45,692 bases of DNA, taken from the NCBI GenBank assembly GCA_001790445.1, contig MGCQ01000009.1:33799-79490 (forward strand), written 5' to 3'. This stretch comes from Candidatus Saccharibacteria bacterium RIFCSPHIGHO2_12_FULL_41_12 (GTDB lineage: Bacteria; Patescibacteriota; Saccharimonadia; Saccharimonadales; 2-12-FULL-41-12). The notes beneath the pieces were generated by a model. It searched no databases. It was not told where the DNA came from and worked only from the letters and a program-made list of their open reading frames with translations. Position 1 is the stretch's first letter. Each line of letters starts with the position of its first letter. The position numbers and the translations under genes are program-made. This document shows positions 18,307-27,541 of the stretch, piece by piece.

Positions 18307-19578
18307 CTAAGTATTAATAAATTGTTGGCGTAGCCATTCGTCTAAACTGCCACCCCCACCGGCCGTTAGGCAGAGGACTAACGTGCCTTGAGAGGCTAGA
18401 TCTAAAATATTTGTCTTTAGGTTTTTATCGAGTTGAGACGGCTCTTTATTGGCTGGTTTACGGATTATCTCACACAGTTTTTCTGGTGTGAGTAGTTCTA
18501 GATCTTTATCTTCACGGGCCAGATAACTTGGGACTACATAGAGTTTTTTTACTCCGTCGAATAGGTCAACAAGTTCACCTTTTATAAAATGTTGGCGAGT
18601 GTTGTGTAGACCTTCGTAGACAACTGCTATGTTTTCACCTGCAACTTCGTGTGCGAGCTGTAGGGCACCACGGATTTTCTCTGGTGTATGTGCATAGTCT
18701 GTATATATATTTTCTGCGATCTTTTCAAATCGTCTGGAAACTCCAGGGAAGCTGTCGGCTATCTCAATCAGTTTATCGACAGGCTCGCCAGTCAAGTTGT
18801 GAATGGCTTCAACAACCAGAAGAGCATTTTTGCGATTAACTTCTCCAGTGAGCGTGAAATCGGATAAACTTATCTCACTTGAGTGCCCAGCCAGTCCAAT
18901 CTTTTCATAATCCTCAGGGTGTGCAAACACTTGTTTGCTCTGGCAGAAAAAGTCGTTGAAGGCTTTGTAATACTCCTCACGTGTCGGATATATATCTGGA
19001 TGATCATAGTCAATTCCCGGGATTATTGAAATTGCTGGCTCAAAGCTTAGAAAATTCCTATCATACTCATCGCATTCATAGACAAAATATTTGCTAGCTG
19101 GGTCGAAGTGCCCCATATCACCGAAACTAATCTTTGCCCCCACAGAATAACTAATAGGGATCCCAAGTTGCTTAAATAGCCAAATGACCATGGTTGTGGT
19201 GGTGGTTTTGCCATGAGTACCGGCAATAGCAATCAGCTTGAGATTGTGCTTTTGGATAATTTGATTCAGCAACTCATCTCTTTTGGTGATCCTTATGCCA
19301 TGTTCTTTGGCAAAAGCTAGTTCTGGGTGGTTAGGGTCTTCGATACTCACTGCAGAGGAATACACTAGCCAATCAATAGGCTGTGTTTCATGAATATTGG
19401 ATATTTCCTCTTTGGTCTGTCCGATGTGTATATTGTTGACCCCCTGGGCCTTCAAATAATCAATATACCCCGAAGCCTGTTTGTCAGAACCAGAAACGGT
19501 ATATCCAGCCTGATGAGCGATCAATGCCAAAGGTCCAATCCCAGTTCCCCCTATACCAGAAAAATACACATGCTTCAC
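18307..19578 (-). CDS. murC: Mur ligase, MurC-like (UDP-N-acetylmuramate--L-alanine ligase)
   Basis: FSGIGGTGIGPLALIAHQAGYTVSGSD Rossmann N-domain and IAIAGTHGKTTTTTM P-loop. 423 aa. I cannot exclude Mpl-like specificity. Confidence 0.8.
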   Translation of the reverse strand: MKHVYFSGIGGTGIGPLALIAHQAGYTVSGSDKQASGYIDYLKAQGVNNIHIGQTKEEISNIHETQPIDWLVYSSAVSIEDPNHPELAFAKEHGIRITKRDELLNQIIQKHNLKLIAIAGTHGKTTTTTMVIWLFKQLGIPISYSVGAKISFGDMGHFDPASKYFVYECDEYDRNFLSFEPAISIIPGIDYDHPDIYPTREEYYKAFNDFFCQSKQVFAHPEDYEKIGLAGHSSEISLSDFTLTGEVNRKNALLVVEAIHNLTGEPVDKLIEIADSFPGVSRRFEKIAENIYTDYAHTPEKIRGALQLAHEVAGENIAVVYEGLHNTRQHFIKGELVDLFDGVKKLYVVPSYLAREDKDLELLTPEKLCEIIRKPANKEPSQLDKNLKTNILDLASQGTLVLCLTAGGGGSLDEWLRQQFINT

Positions 19579-19603
19579 ACTAATATTCTATCACCAAAAG
19601 AGG

Positions 19604-19612
19604 TGCTATAAT
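19604..19612 (+). promoter_or_regulatory. Extended -10 box (TGcTATAAT) 7 nt upstream of ATG 19620
   Basis: Read directly from the sequence. The consensus extended -10 argues for the ATG 19620 start rather than the track's GTG 19614. Confidence 0.45.
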
Positions 19613-19619
19613 TGTGCTA

Positions 19620-20237
19620 ATGACTAAAAAGATAAAAACTATCTACAATTTCCACAAAAAACTTCAGATTATTAGGCCCGAATTTTTCCTTGTATTTGCT
19701 ATTATTATGACGATTATTAGTGGTTATAGCTTGCGTCAAAATAACCTCAAAATGCTAGAACTAAAAAAAGCAGTAGAAATTTCCGATGCAAACAACGGTG
19801 ATATTGAAAAATCTTTGAGAAATTTACGCGCCTATGTTTATGCTCATATGAACACAAACCTGAGTAGTAACTCAAGTATTAAACCTCCTATCCAACTAAA
19901 ACACCAATACGAAAGATTGCTGGCGACAGAAAGCGAGAGGGTCAAACAGACCAATATCCAGGTCAACAGTGATGCAAATAGTACCTGTGCGGCTCAGTAT
20001 CCAGGTGGCGGCTTTAATCAAACAAGAGTTAGTTGTGTTCAGCAATATGTATCAGCTCATGCAGCGCAACCCAAGGAAATACCAACAGAATTATACAAAT
20101 TTGATTTTCTTAGTCCTCGTTGGTCCCCAGATTTGGCTGGGATAAGCCTCGTTCTGGCGCTTTTTGCCTACATTTTGTGGATTATGAGAATAGTTGTTGA
20201 TAAATTATTGATACGCAGGATAGAAGATAAGTTTTGA
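19620..20237 (+). CDS. Hypothetical membrane protein (N- and C-terminal TM helices)
   Basis: 205-aa ORF with hydrophobic segments FFLVFAIIMTIISGY and LAGISLVLALFAYILWIM. No family recognised. Confidence 0.6.
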   Translation: MTKKIKTIYNFHKKLQIIRPEFFLVFAIIMTIISGYSLRQNNLKMLELKKAVEISDANNGDIEKSLRNLRAYVYAHMNTNLSSNSSIKPPIQLKHQYERLLATESERVKQTNIQVNSDANSTCAAQYPGGGFNQTRVSCVQQYVSAHAAQPKEIPTELYKFDFLSPRWSPDLAGISLVLALFAYILWIMRIVVDKLLIRRIEDKF

Positions 20238-21196
20238 TGGATAATAATTGGGACAAACAACTTATGAGTCTTGGGGGGCATTTTCTTCAGTCAAATAGTT
20301 GGTTAAAATTCCAAGAAAGCTTAGGCCAAAAACTTATCACTGATCAAACAGAAGATTATCTTTGGGGTGGTTACGAGGTAGATGGGCGAATGGGCGTCAA
20401 GTATCTATATGTCCCGTATGGTCCTACGGCAAAGAAGGAAAAAGATTTTGTCCGTGCGTTATCGTCAATGAAGGCTCAAGCAAAGTCGCTCGGGTGTATG
20501 TTTGTTAGGTTTGACCAAGTCCAAGGTTTTGCAGAGGATGTGCTGGAGAATAATGATTGTCTGTATTTTGGAGAAGTCCAGCCCAGGTACACGCATTGTA
20601 TTGACCTTAATGATGATTTGTCTGATATCAAAAGCCATATGAGCAAGACTGACAGAAATTTGATTAATCGCTCAGAAAAGATAGGTGTTGAATATGGTTC
20701 AACAAAAAAACTCGATATGGTAGATGTTTTTTTGGATTTAATGCTTGATACAGCCAATTACAAACATTACCAGGCAAAGTCGCGAACTTATCTAAGAAAA
20801 CAGCTTATGTTTTTGCTTGACCGTGGAAACGCCAGGATCTATTACGGGAAATATGACGATAAATTTGCTGCTGGGGTAGTAGGAATTGACTGGGCAGACA
20901 CGCGGTACTATATCCATGCGGGAGCTGACCAGGAAGTTATTAGGAAGATTCCAGTTTCTCGCGGACTTGCTTGGTTTATGATAAAAGACGCCAAAAATGC
21001 AGGGCTGAAGTGGTTTGACTTCTACGGAGTTTCTGCCCCGGGGGACAGACACCATAAGTGGGCAAGTGTTAGTAGCTTCAAGCGTTCATTTGGTGGGCAA
21101 GACAAAGATTTTGGGGGAACATGGGATATTCCTGTTTCCAAGTTTCACTACAGGCTTTATCGGCTTGTGAAAAATATCTCAAGACACTTTCAATAG
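20234..21196 (+). CDS. FemAB-family peptidoglycan aminoacyltransferase-like protein
   Basis: 320 aa. The N-terminus FLQSNSWLKFQ and the central and C-terminal GNAT-like halves resemble FemX/FemAB. It overlaps the upstream gene by 4 nt and lies next to murC. Confidence 0.7.
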   Translation: MMDNNWDKQLMSLGGHFLQSNSWLKFQESLGQKLITDQTEDYLWGGYEVDGRMGVKYLYVPYGPTAKKEKDFVRALSSMKAQAKSLGCMFVRFDQVQGFAEDVLENNDCLYFGEVQPRYTHCIDLNDDLSDIKSHMSKTDRNLINRSEKIGVEYGSTKKLDMVDVFLDLMLDTANYKHYQAKSRTYLRKQLMFLLDRGNARIYYGKYDDKFAAGVVGIDWADTRYYIHAGADQEVIRKIPVSRGLAWFMIKDAKNAGLKWFDFYGVSAPGDRHHKWASVSSFKRSFGGQDKDFGGTWDIPVSKFHYRLYRLVKNISRHFQ

Positions 21197-21235
21197 AGAA
21201 TTTATTAGCTGCTACATTAAGAGCGTATTGACTAA

Positions 21236-21928
21236 CTACGGGTTGGTTGTTGTTGGTGCAGGTGTTGTGGCAGGTGCAGTTGGGGTCGTTGTAGAAGGTG
21301 TAGTTGTGTTAGTGGTACTATTTTTTTGGGTGTTAGTACCTGGAGTGTTGTTGGATGATTGATCTTCACACTTCTGAGCTCCCTTTGATTGATTTGCTTT
21401 GATGGTTTTTACTACTTGACCATCATCTTTTAGGTTTTCCCAGAACAGAACCTGAGAATTGTTAATGACCATTTTATCTTGGGGACCATGGATTTCACAG
21501 CCGAGCTTGACCAATGTTATGTTGTTAGCGTTAGCTTGTGCCTGGGCGGTGTCTTGTTGTTTCCCATCAAGCTGGATGTAGTAGATGTCTGTCAATGAGA
21601 TAGAACCTTTTTGAACATCAGAGATTTTGCCGAAGTAGACTTGGTTATTGTTGAGGAAGACAGCTTGATATGCGGATTTGTTGATTTCTTTTGTGCCGTT
21701 GTCGCTTGAAGAAACGGAAATTTTAAATACAAGAGCTACTACTAATACGACAATACAAAAAGTTAATACTAAGAACGGAATTTTTGCTGCAGTCATTTTA
21801 TCAAGGTGTTTTTTCACTTTATTCTCCTTATTGTTTGAATGTCCTGATTGTTGATCATAATCTGGGTTGGACCCGAGAGTACTCGGTCTTTGTGACCCCT
21901 GTTTGTTATTTTGATTTGTAAAATCCAT
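21236..21928 (-). CDS. Hypothetical membrane-anchored protein with a Thr/Pro-rich C-terminal tail
   Basis: 230-aa ORF with a single TM helix (IPFLVLTFCIVVLVVALVF) and the C-terminus TTNTTTPSTTTPTAPATTPAPTTTNP. Confidence 0.6.
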   Translation of the reverse strand: MDFTNQNNKQGSQRPSTLGSNPDYDQQSGHSNNKENKVKKHLDKMTAAKIPFLVLTFCIVVLVVALVFKISVSSSDNGTKEINKSAYQAVFLNNNQVYFGKISDVQKGSISLTDIYYIQLDGKQQDTAQAQANANNITLVKLGCEIHGPQDKMVINNSQVLFWENLKDDGQVVKTIKANQSKGAQKCEDQSSNNTPGTNTQKNSTTNTTTPSTTTPTAPATTPAPTTTNP

Positions 21929-22096
21929 CTATCACCCCTACCTAATTATTAGAACTATACGCTTATTCTAAAGCATAAGTATTGTCTTATCAATACCCCA
22001 ACTGACGCAAAATTTACAATAAGAAGTTGACAAGTGTTAGTGATTAGAGTTACTGTAGATATGCATTATTAAGCAATTAAGAGGGGAGCAAATATA

Positions 22097-22294
22097 ATGG
22101 CCTATAGTCACAAAAACTCAAAAGGTGTAACATATCACCTAAACACCAAAGAAGTTGTACTTCGTGGTGGTAAGAAACAGCGAATCTACTACTTCAGTAA
22201 AGATGTTCGAAACGACACTAGTACTGACCTACCAGCAGGTGGAAAAGTAAACGAAAATCCACGAAACGGATTTTTGACTGTCAGCTTCAAGTAA
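22097..22294 (+). CDS. Small basic hypothetical protein (65 aa)
   Basis: A GAGGGGAG Shine-Dalgarno sequence lies 8 nt upstream and an intrinsic terminator follows. Confidence 0.55.
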   Translation: MAYSHKNSKGVTYHLNTKEVVLRGGKKQRIYYFSKDVRNDTSTDLPAGGKVNENPRNGFLTVSFK

Positions 22295-22318
22295 TAGACA
22301 CCAAAACAACAAAAACTG

Positions 22319-22352
22319 GACTCGCCAAGAATAAATCAGGGCGAGTCTTTTT
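22319..22352 (+). terminator. Rho-independent terminator
   Basis: GACTCGCC (22319-22326) pairs with GGCGAGTC (22340-22347), followed by TTTTT. Confidence 0.65.
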
Positions 22353-22376
22353 GATATACTCAGCATATAAAGTGTT

Positions 22377-23354
22377 ATGACGAATATTTTACAACAGCTA
22401 CCAAAACCATTATTTATACTGGCTCCAATGGATGATGTGACGGACACAGTTTTCCGGCGTATTATCGGCCAGTGCGCACCGCCAGACCTATATTTTACAG
22501 AATTTATGAATGTTGACGGTTTTTGTTCGCCTGGGAGACAGAAAGTATCTAAGAAAATCAAGAAAACAGACGTAGAATCACCGATAATTGCCCAAATTTG
22601 GGGCAAGAACCCAGAAAACTACTACATGGTGGCTCAGGAGCTAGCTTTGCAGGGCTTTGACGGTATAGATATCAATATGGGTTGTCCGATCAAAACAATC
22701 ACTAAGAATGGCTGTTGCAGCGCTCTTATCAATAACGAAGACAAGGCGAAAGAGATAATTGATCGCACCCGGGACGGAATAAATAAAACCGGCATGAAAA
22801 TTACTCTAAGCGTCAAGACGCGTATTGGTATCAAAGATCTTGATACATCTTGGATAGAGTTTTTGCTAGGTCAAAATCTTGATATGCTGATAATCCACAT
22901 GAGAAGTGCCAAAGATATGTCTAAAGTCCCGGCGCGATGGGAGCTGATGTCTCAAATTGTTGCGCTGAGGGATCAAATATCACCAGGCACACTGCTGGTT
23001 GGTAATGGCGATGTTATGTCTATAGAGCAGGGTAAAGATCTAGTCCGGCAGTATGGTATCGACGGGATAATGATCGGTAGAGGGATATTTCATGATCCTT
23101 ATTTATTTTCTGGAAGAGATGTCTGGGCAAACAAAGACCCAAAGTCAAAAATTAGTTTATATAAAAGCCACATAGAATTATTTGAAAGCACATGGGCTGG
23201 TCAATATAAAACAACTGCTCCACTAAATAAATTTTGTAAAATATATATTAACGGGTTCGACGGAGCTAAAGAACTTCGGGAAAAACTAATGAGCTGTAGG
23301 ACTACGGAAGAACTTCTTGAAATTATCGAAAACGCATTGCAAAAAATTCAATAA
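22377..23354 (+). CDS. dus: tRNA-dihydrouridine synthase
   Basis: 325 aa. LAPMDDVTDTVFRR, GIDINMGCP and other Dus TIM-barrel motifs. Confidence 0.9.
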   Translation: MTNILQQLPKPLFILAPMDDVTDTVFRRIIGQCAPPDLYFTEFMNVDGFCSPGRQKVSKKIKKTDVESPIIAQIWGKNPENYYMVAQELALQGFDGIDINMGCPIKTITKNGCCSALINNEDKAKEIIDRTRDGINKTGMKITLSVKTRIGIKDLDTSWIEFLLGQNLDMLIIHMRSAKDMSKVPARWELMSQIVALRDQISPGTLLVGNGDVMSIEQGKDLVRQYGIDGIMIGRGIFHDPYLFSGRDVWANKDPKSKISLYKSHIELFESTWAGQYKTTAPLNKFCKIYINGFDGAKELREKLMSCRTTEELLEIIENALQKIQ

Positions 23355-23456
23355 ATTCGTCCGCAGTTAATAAAATTACTGTGGCTTTGTAATATGTTTC
23401 ACAACTAAAATGCGGTTATTTTTGTATAGTAGTAATTGCTAAGGAGGGCAATAGCC

Positions 23457-23615
23457 ATGGCAACAGTGTATGAATTATATGGTGAATTATTTGATAAGGT
23501 TGAAGCCTTTTTGCAGGCTCTGGCCCACGAGTACAAAATCGGCGACAGTGACTACGTTCTTAGTAAATTAGACGACTACGGTTTTGATTTGACAGACCTC
23601 GGCGTCCATCCATAA
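23457..23615 (+). CDS. Small acidic hypothetical protein (52 aa)
   Basis: An AAGGAGG Shine-Dalgarno sequence lies 7 nt upstream of ATG 23457. The hand translation is MATVYELYGELFDKVEAFLQALAHEYKIGDSDYVLSKLDDYGFDLTDLGVHP, and a terminator follows. Confidence 0.5.
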   Translation: MATVYELYGELFDKVEAFLQALAHEYKIGDSDYVLSKLDDYGFDLTDLGVHP

Positions 23616-23632
23616 TAACTAGTAAATCAAAA

Positions 23633-23664
23633 ATAAAAACGCCCACATTGCAGGGCGTTTTTGA
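23633..23664. terminator. Bidirectional intrinsic terminator
   Basis: ACGCCC (23639-23644) pairs with GGGCGT (23653-23658), flanked by an A-run upstream and a T-run downstream. It sits between the small ORF (+) and the tRNA (-). Confidence 0.6.
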
Positions 23665-23672
23665 ATGAATTT

Positions 23673-23748
23673 TGGTGGGGGTGGTTGGAATCGAACCAAC
23701 TACCAAGTGGTTATGAGCCGCCTGCTCTAACCGATGAGCTACACCCCC
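23673..23748 (-). tRNA. tRNA with CAU anticodon, ileX-like (tRNA-Ile2 lysidine substrate or elongator Met)
   Basis: The reverse complement is GGGGGTGTAGCTCATCGGTTAGAGCAGGCGGCTCATAACCACTTGGTAGTTGGTTCGATTCCAACCACCCCCACCA. It folds into a cloverleaf with an encoded CCA end. The D and anticodon arms resemble E. coli ileX as I recall it. There is one C-A mismatch in the anticodon stem. Confidence 0.85.
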
Positions 23749-23867
23749 AAAATTCTACTAGCTTTACCTAAATAATATAACATGACAGAAAGTTTTTCTA
23801 AAGAGACATCAATAGGTAGACCTACTCATCTTTACCTCGCTAAGCCTATTTCCTGTGCAAAGTAGGC

Positions 23868-23875
23868 TGTATAAT
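23868..23875 (+). promoter_or_regulatory. -10 box TATAAT (preceded by TG) 6 nt upstream of ATG 23882
   Basis: Read directly from the sequence. It lies inside the track's 5' extension (GTG 23855), which supports ATG 23882 as a leaderless start. Confidence 0.4.
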
Positions 23876-23881
23876 AATCAC

Positions 23882-24325
23882 ATGAACCTAGTGCACAAAT
23901 TTCTTAAAACACTCAGAGCAATCATCCACGATGTAAGGGCACTGGCTTTGATAAGTTTTGCGATTATCGCAATGCTTGTAGCTTGGAATAGTATTGGGGT
24001 TCTACAGAAAAATTATGAACTAGAAAAACAAATAGCTTTGTTAAAACAAAAAAATAGCGTCGCCAAGCTGGAAAACGAAAACCAGAAGCTTAGAAATAAA
24101 TATTATGAAAGCAACGAATATGTAGAGATAACAGCTCGTCGTCAACTAGGCAAGGCTAAAGAGGGCGAAAAGCTTTATTTAGTACCAAGAAGTGTGGCAG
24201 AAGCTGCATCGATAGAAGTTAAGCCAGTTGTAGAGACCATACCTGACGTTGTGATTCAAAAAAGCAAATATCAGAGAAATGTCGAAGGCTGGATCAGGTT
24301 TTTCAAAGGGGAGTCACTCAACTAA
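23882..24325 (+). CDS. Septum formation initiator (FtsB/DivIC-like)
   Basis: N-terminal TM helix followed by the coiled coil LEKQIALLKQKNSVAKLENENQKLRNK and YVEITARRQLG, typical of the FtsB/DivIC family. Confidence 0.75.
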   Translation: MNLVHKFLKTLRAIIHDVRALALISFAIIAMLVAWNSIGVLQKNYELEKQIALLKQKNSVAKLENENQKLRNKYYESNEYVEITARRQLGKAKEGEKLYLVPRSVAEAASIEVKPVVETIPDVVIQKSKYQRNVEGWIRFFKGESLN

Positions 24326-24326
24326 T

Positions 24327-24932
24327 CTAGATCAGAGTTTTCCAGTAATACCAAAATTTATAGACGATTATCAAAAAGATTAATAAATACCAACCGAGAA
24401 GTATATCAAGATGATGCTTAGAAGCAAATTTGCTAAATTTTTCTAGGTGTTTATTATTGCCAAAATTCTTTTGCTCAAGATTGTGGACCAAACCGTACCA
24501 AAAAACTGTCGCAATAGCTACCCACGTCACCATGCAATAAACGCAAAGGTTTTTAATAACAAAAAGCGATTGGCTAATCAGCCACAGGGAAAAAATAAAC
24601 CCAAACGTTGTCCCGACTTGAAATAATTTCCAGAACCAGTTTGATAATTTTGCCCCAGCAATTAGGCAGGTGACAACGCCGAGAATTATAGAGAAAGCGA
24701 TCATACCGATGTAAGAATTTGAAAATCCAAAAACAAAACCTTGCTGCGAACCAAGCACAGAACCGCAGCTGATAATAGGGTTAATACTGCAAAGTGCGTG
24801 GTAACTAGGATTTTTTAAGCTGTTGGTATATTCTACGCTACTAGCAAATGCAGCAAATAGTCCCAAGAACCCGCCAATAAAAAGCGCGATAACTAGTTTG
24901 TTCTTAAAATATTTTTTTATGACTTTTTTCAT
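24327..24932 (-). CDS. Vitamin K epoxide reductase (VKOR) family protein
   Basis: Multi-TM protein with a loop cysteine pair (CSINPIISC) and a membrane CVYC (CxxC) motif. Confidence 0.8.
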   Translation of the reverse strand: MKKVIKKYFKNKLVIALFIGGFLGLFAAFASSVEYTNSLKNPSYHALCSINPIISCGSVLGSQQGFVFGFSNSYIGMIAFSIILGVVTCLIAGAKLSNWFWKLFQVGTTFGFIFSLWLISQSLFVIKNLCVYCMVTWVAIATVFWYGLVHNLEQKNFGNNKHLEKFSKFASKHHLDILLGWYLLIFLIIVYKFWYYWKTLI

Positions 24933-25031
24933 CTACTCCCTAGATTTTAATACAAAAGACGCCTCCCCTCAAGTTTACAGATGTTAAACATCAAGTTGTA
25001 GTGTCTATCGTTCTTAATTCAGGGACCCCGG

Positions 25032-25040
25032 TGGTAAGAT
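25032..25040 (+). promoter_or_regulatory. Extended -10 box (TGgTAAGAT) 7 nt upstream of ATG 25048
   Basis: Read directly from the sequence. No Shine-Dalgarno sequence present. Confidence 0.35.
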
Positions 25041-25047
25041 ATACAGT

Positions 25048-26661
25048 ATGAAAAGCAGACTTAGATTACTTACATTATCCTTAGTCGCAGTCTGCTTATT
25101 CGTAGGGGCAAACAGTGTGTGGGCTTTGGATACAAGTGTGCCCGCAGTTGAGCAAATTACCTCTTTTGATTCTCAGATAAACATTTCCAAAGAAAATAAG
25201 GCGGATATAACAGAAACAATAGCCTATGATTTTGGGGCAAATCAGCGACACGGTATTTATAGAGACATCCCAATTGATTACAAAGATTCTCAGGGAAATG
25301 TCTATCGTTTAGCCATAGAGTACCAAAAGACAGTCGATGAAAACGGGACAGAGGTCAAGGCCGAAACAGCAAAATCCAGTGGCAATTTCCGCATTAAACT
25401 AGGGAACGGCGACAAGTATATCACTGGTAAACATACATATAAAATTTCGTATATATTACGACCAATAGTTACCCAAAAGAATGAAAAAAGCTATTTGTCA
25501 CTAGACGTTACTGGCAATGGGTGGCAAGTACCAATTCAGCGCGTAAGCGCAGAGGTCAAGCTTGACGGTGTAAGCCTCGATAACCCTATTTGTTACACTG
25601 GCGTCTCTGGTTCAAAAGAACAAAAGTGCACAACAAGTGGGCAAAGATTTTCTGCAGAGAATCTTAGCGGGGGACAGGGGCTTACCATTGAAGGAGCATT
25701 GCCCAGTGGCTATGTGTCCACTTATTTACAGGCCAATCAAAAACGTCCACTTACTAAGTCAGACATTATTATGATAGCCATATTTATTTTGCTTGGACTG
25801 ATCGGCGCTATAATTGTCATTTTGTTAATGATAAGGAGCTTCAGAAAAAGAAAAAGACGTAAAAATCAAACAGTTGTTCCCGAGTATGAGCCACCCGCAG
25901 GGTTGACTGTAGCAGAGGTAGGGCATTTAGAAGATGATACATCGAGTATTCAAGAAATAACTGCTATGATCATAGATCTTGCCGTAAAAGGTTACCTCAA
26001 AATAGAGCAGACAAGAAAGAAAGGATTTCTCAAGAGTGCAAAATACACACTGCATAAATTAAAAGAACCACAAGGTTTGACCAGTGATGAGACGTTGCTT
26101 TTTGATGCAATTTTTAGTGATGCTACAGATAACAAAATAGAAATAGATCAAATCAACAAATCAAATATGAGCTCGACTATTTATGAAATCAATAAAAATA
26201 CCAAAAAAATACTGACAACCAAAGGCTTTTATTCAAGTATTTCCTCAGAACCGAATATTCTTGAGAAGATGTTAGATGCTGGCAATATAACAGATGAAGG
26301 AGCCAAAACTTGGGCAAAAGTGGATGGCTTTAAATTATATCTGAGTGTGGTTGAAAAAGATCGCATGAAATTTCACGATGCCCCAGAGAAAACACCAGAG
26401 TTATTCAGTAAATATTTGCCGTATGCTGTGGCTTTGGGGGTAGAAAAAGAGTGGGCTAAGCAATTTGAAGGAATGGACATTAGTCAAACCACTAGCAATT
26501 GGTACGCAGGATCTTATGTTGGTTTTTCTGCGATGAATTTGGCGAGTGATTTAAGTGGTAGCTTTGCACCAGTTGTTAGTTCTAATTCGAGTGTTGGTTC
26601 TTCTGGTGGGGGCGGATCATCAGGCGGTGGTTTTGGTGGAGGCGGTGGCGGAAGCTGGTAA
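25048..26661 (+). CDS. DUF2207-like membrane protein with a Gly-rich C-terminus
   Basis: Signal peptide, beta-rich ectodomain, central TM helix and a C-terminal GGGGSSGGGFGGGGGGSW tail, the architecture I associate with DUF2207. Confidence 0.7.
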   Translation: MKSRLRLLTLSLVAVCLFVGANSVWALDTSVPAVEQITSFDSQINISKENKADITETIAYDFGANQRHGIYRDIPIDYKDSQGNVYRLAIEYQKTVDENGTEVKAETAKSSGNFRIKLGNGDKYITGKHTYKISYILRPIVTQKNEKSYLSLDVTGNGWQVPIQRVSAEVKLDGVSLDNPICYTGVSGSKEQKCTTSGQRFSAENLSGGQGLTIEGALPSGYVSTYLQANQKRPLTKSDIIMIAIFILLGLIGAIIVILLMIRSFRKRKRRKNQTVVPEYEPPAGLTVAEVGHLEDDTSSIQEITAMIIDLAVKGYLKIEQTRKKGFLKSAKYTLHKLKEPQGLTSDETLLFDAIFSDATDNKIEIDQINKSNMSSTIYEINKNTKKILTTKGFYSSISSEPNILEKMLDAGNITDEGAKTWAKVDGFKLYLSVVEKDRMKFHDAPEKTPELFSKYLPYAVALGVEKEWAKQFEGMDISQTTSNWYAGSYVGFSAMNLASDLSGSFAPVVSSNSSVGSSGGGGSSGGGFGGGGGGSW

Positions 26662-26671
26662 AACCCTCACG

Positions 26672-27538
26672 TTATTTCTTTGAGAAGTCTCTATATTTAA
26701 TATCTTTTGGTGTTATGCGGATAACTACGTAAGACCCATCGGTAAATTTTGTAACAGGCGGGAAAGATTCACCTTCCCGGTAGTGTTTTGACTTAATCAT
26801 TTGATCAAAAATAATTTTTCTTGTATCGGCGTCATTCTCAACTTCTGCTATGCCAGATACCTGAGCTGTTTTAAGAGAAGAAGGTTCGTATACAGTTAAT
26901 GCAACTTGTCCGTGCCCAAAAATATTATGGGCTTTTGTTGTTTCCGAGCGGGTAATAATATAGATCAAATTATTCGCCACAAGATAATACATGATAGCAC
27001 CACTAACCATGCCTTTTTTATCGGTAGTAGATAAAACTGCAACCTCATGCTCTTTGAGAAATTTAAGACCAGCAGTATTGGTATTGTTATGAAAAATACT
27101 TATTTGTGGTGTTGGCTGTGAAGGCTGACTATTCATAGAATTGTCTCTCTTAATGCGACGACTTTCTATATATTTAACAAATTTACGAGCACACCGAACA
27201 TTGACAAAGTTGATAGTGTAATCTTTGACTCTTGTGTGGAGCGTAATAGAAGAAAAAAGTACAGCATAACTATTTTTGACACCAGAAACAACGTCGTATG
27301 TTACCTCATCAGTTTCTGAATACAGTGGTTTGCTTTGAAAATACAAAACACGTTTGTCTGTAGCAACTAACATTGTAAAATCAATGCCAACTCTACCATA
27401 TATCACACCACCAATGTGCTCGTTTTCGTGCAAAAGTTGTGGCAAATATTTGCTTTCACTCCTAAATAGCCCATATCTGGTTACACCTGCCTGTTTTAGC
27501 TCCTTGATGACCCTATCTCTGTGTCGTTTTGTGATCAT
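26672..27538 (-). CDS. Two-domain protein: bacterial PH-like domain plus a pyridoxamine 5'-phosphate oxidase-like FMN-binding split barrel
   Basis: The N-terminal half (GGVIYGRVGIDFTMLVATDKRVLYF) resembles bacterial PH domains. The C-terminal half (AVLSTTDKKGMVSGAIMYY...GQVALTVYEP) resembles the PNPOx-like fold. Tentative. Confidence 0.55.
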   Translation of the reverse strand: MITKRHRDRVIKELKQAGVTRYGLFRSESKYLPQLLHENEHIGGVIYGRVGIDFTMLVATDKRVLYFQSKPLYSETDEVTYDVVSGVKNSYAVLFSSITLHTRVKDYTINFVNVRCARKFVKYIESRRIKRDNSMNSQPSQPTPQISIFHNNTNTAGLKFLKEHEVAVLSTTDKKGMVSGAIMYYLVANNLIYIITRSETTKAHNIFGHGQVALTVYEPSSLKTAQVSGIAEVENDADTRKIIFDQMIKSKHYREGESFPPVTKFTDGSYVVIRITPKDIKYRDFSKK

Positions 27539-27541
27539 AGT

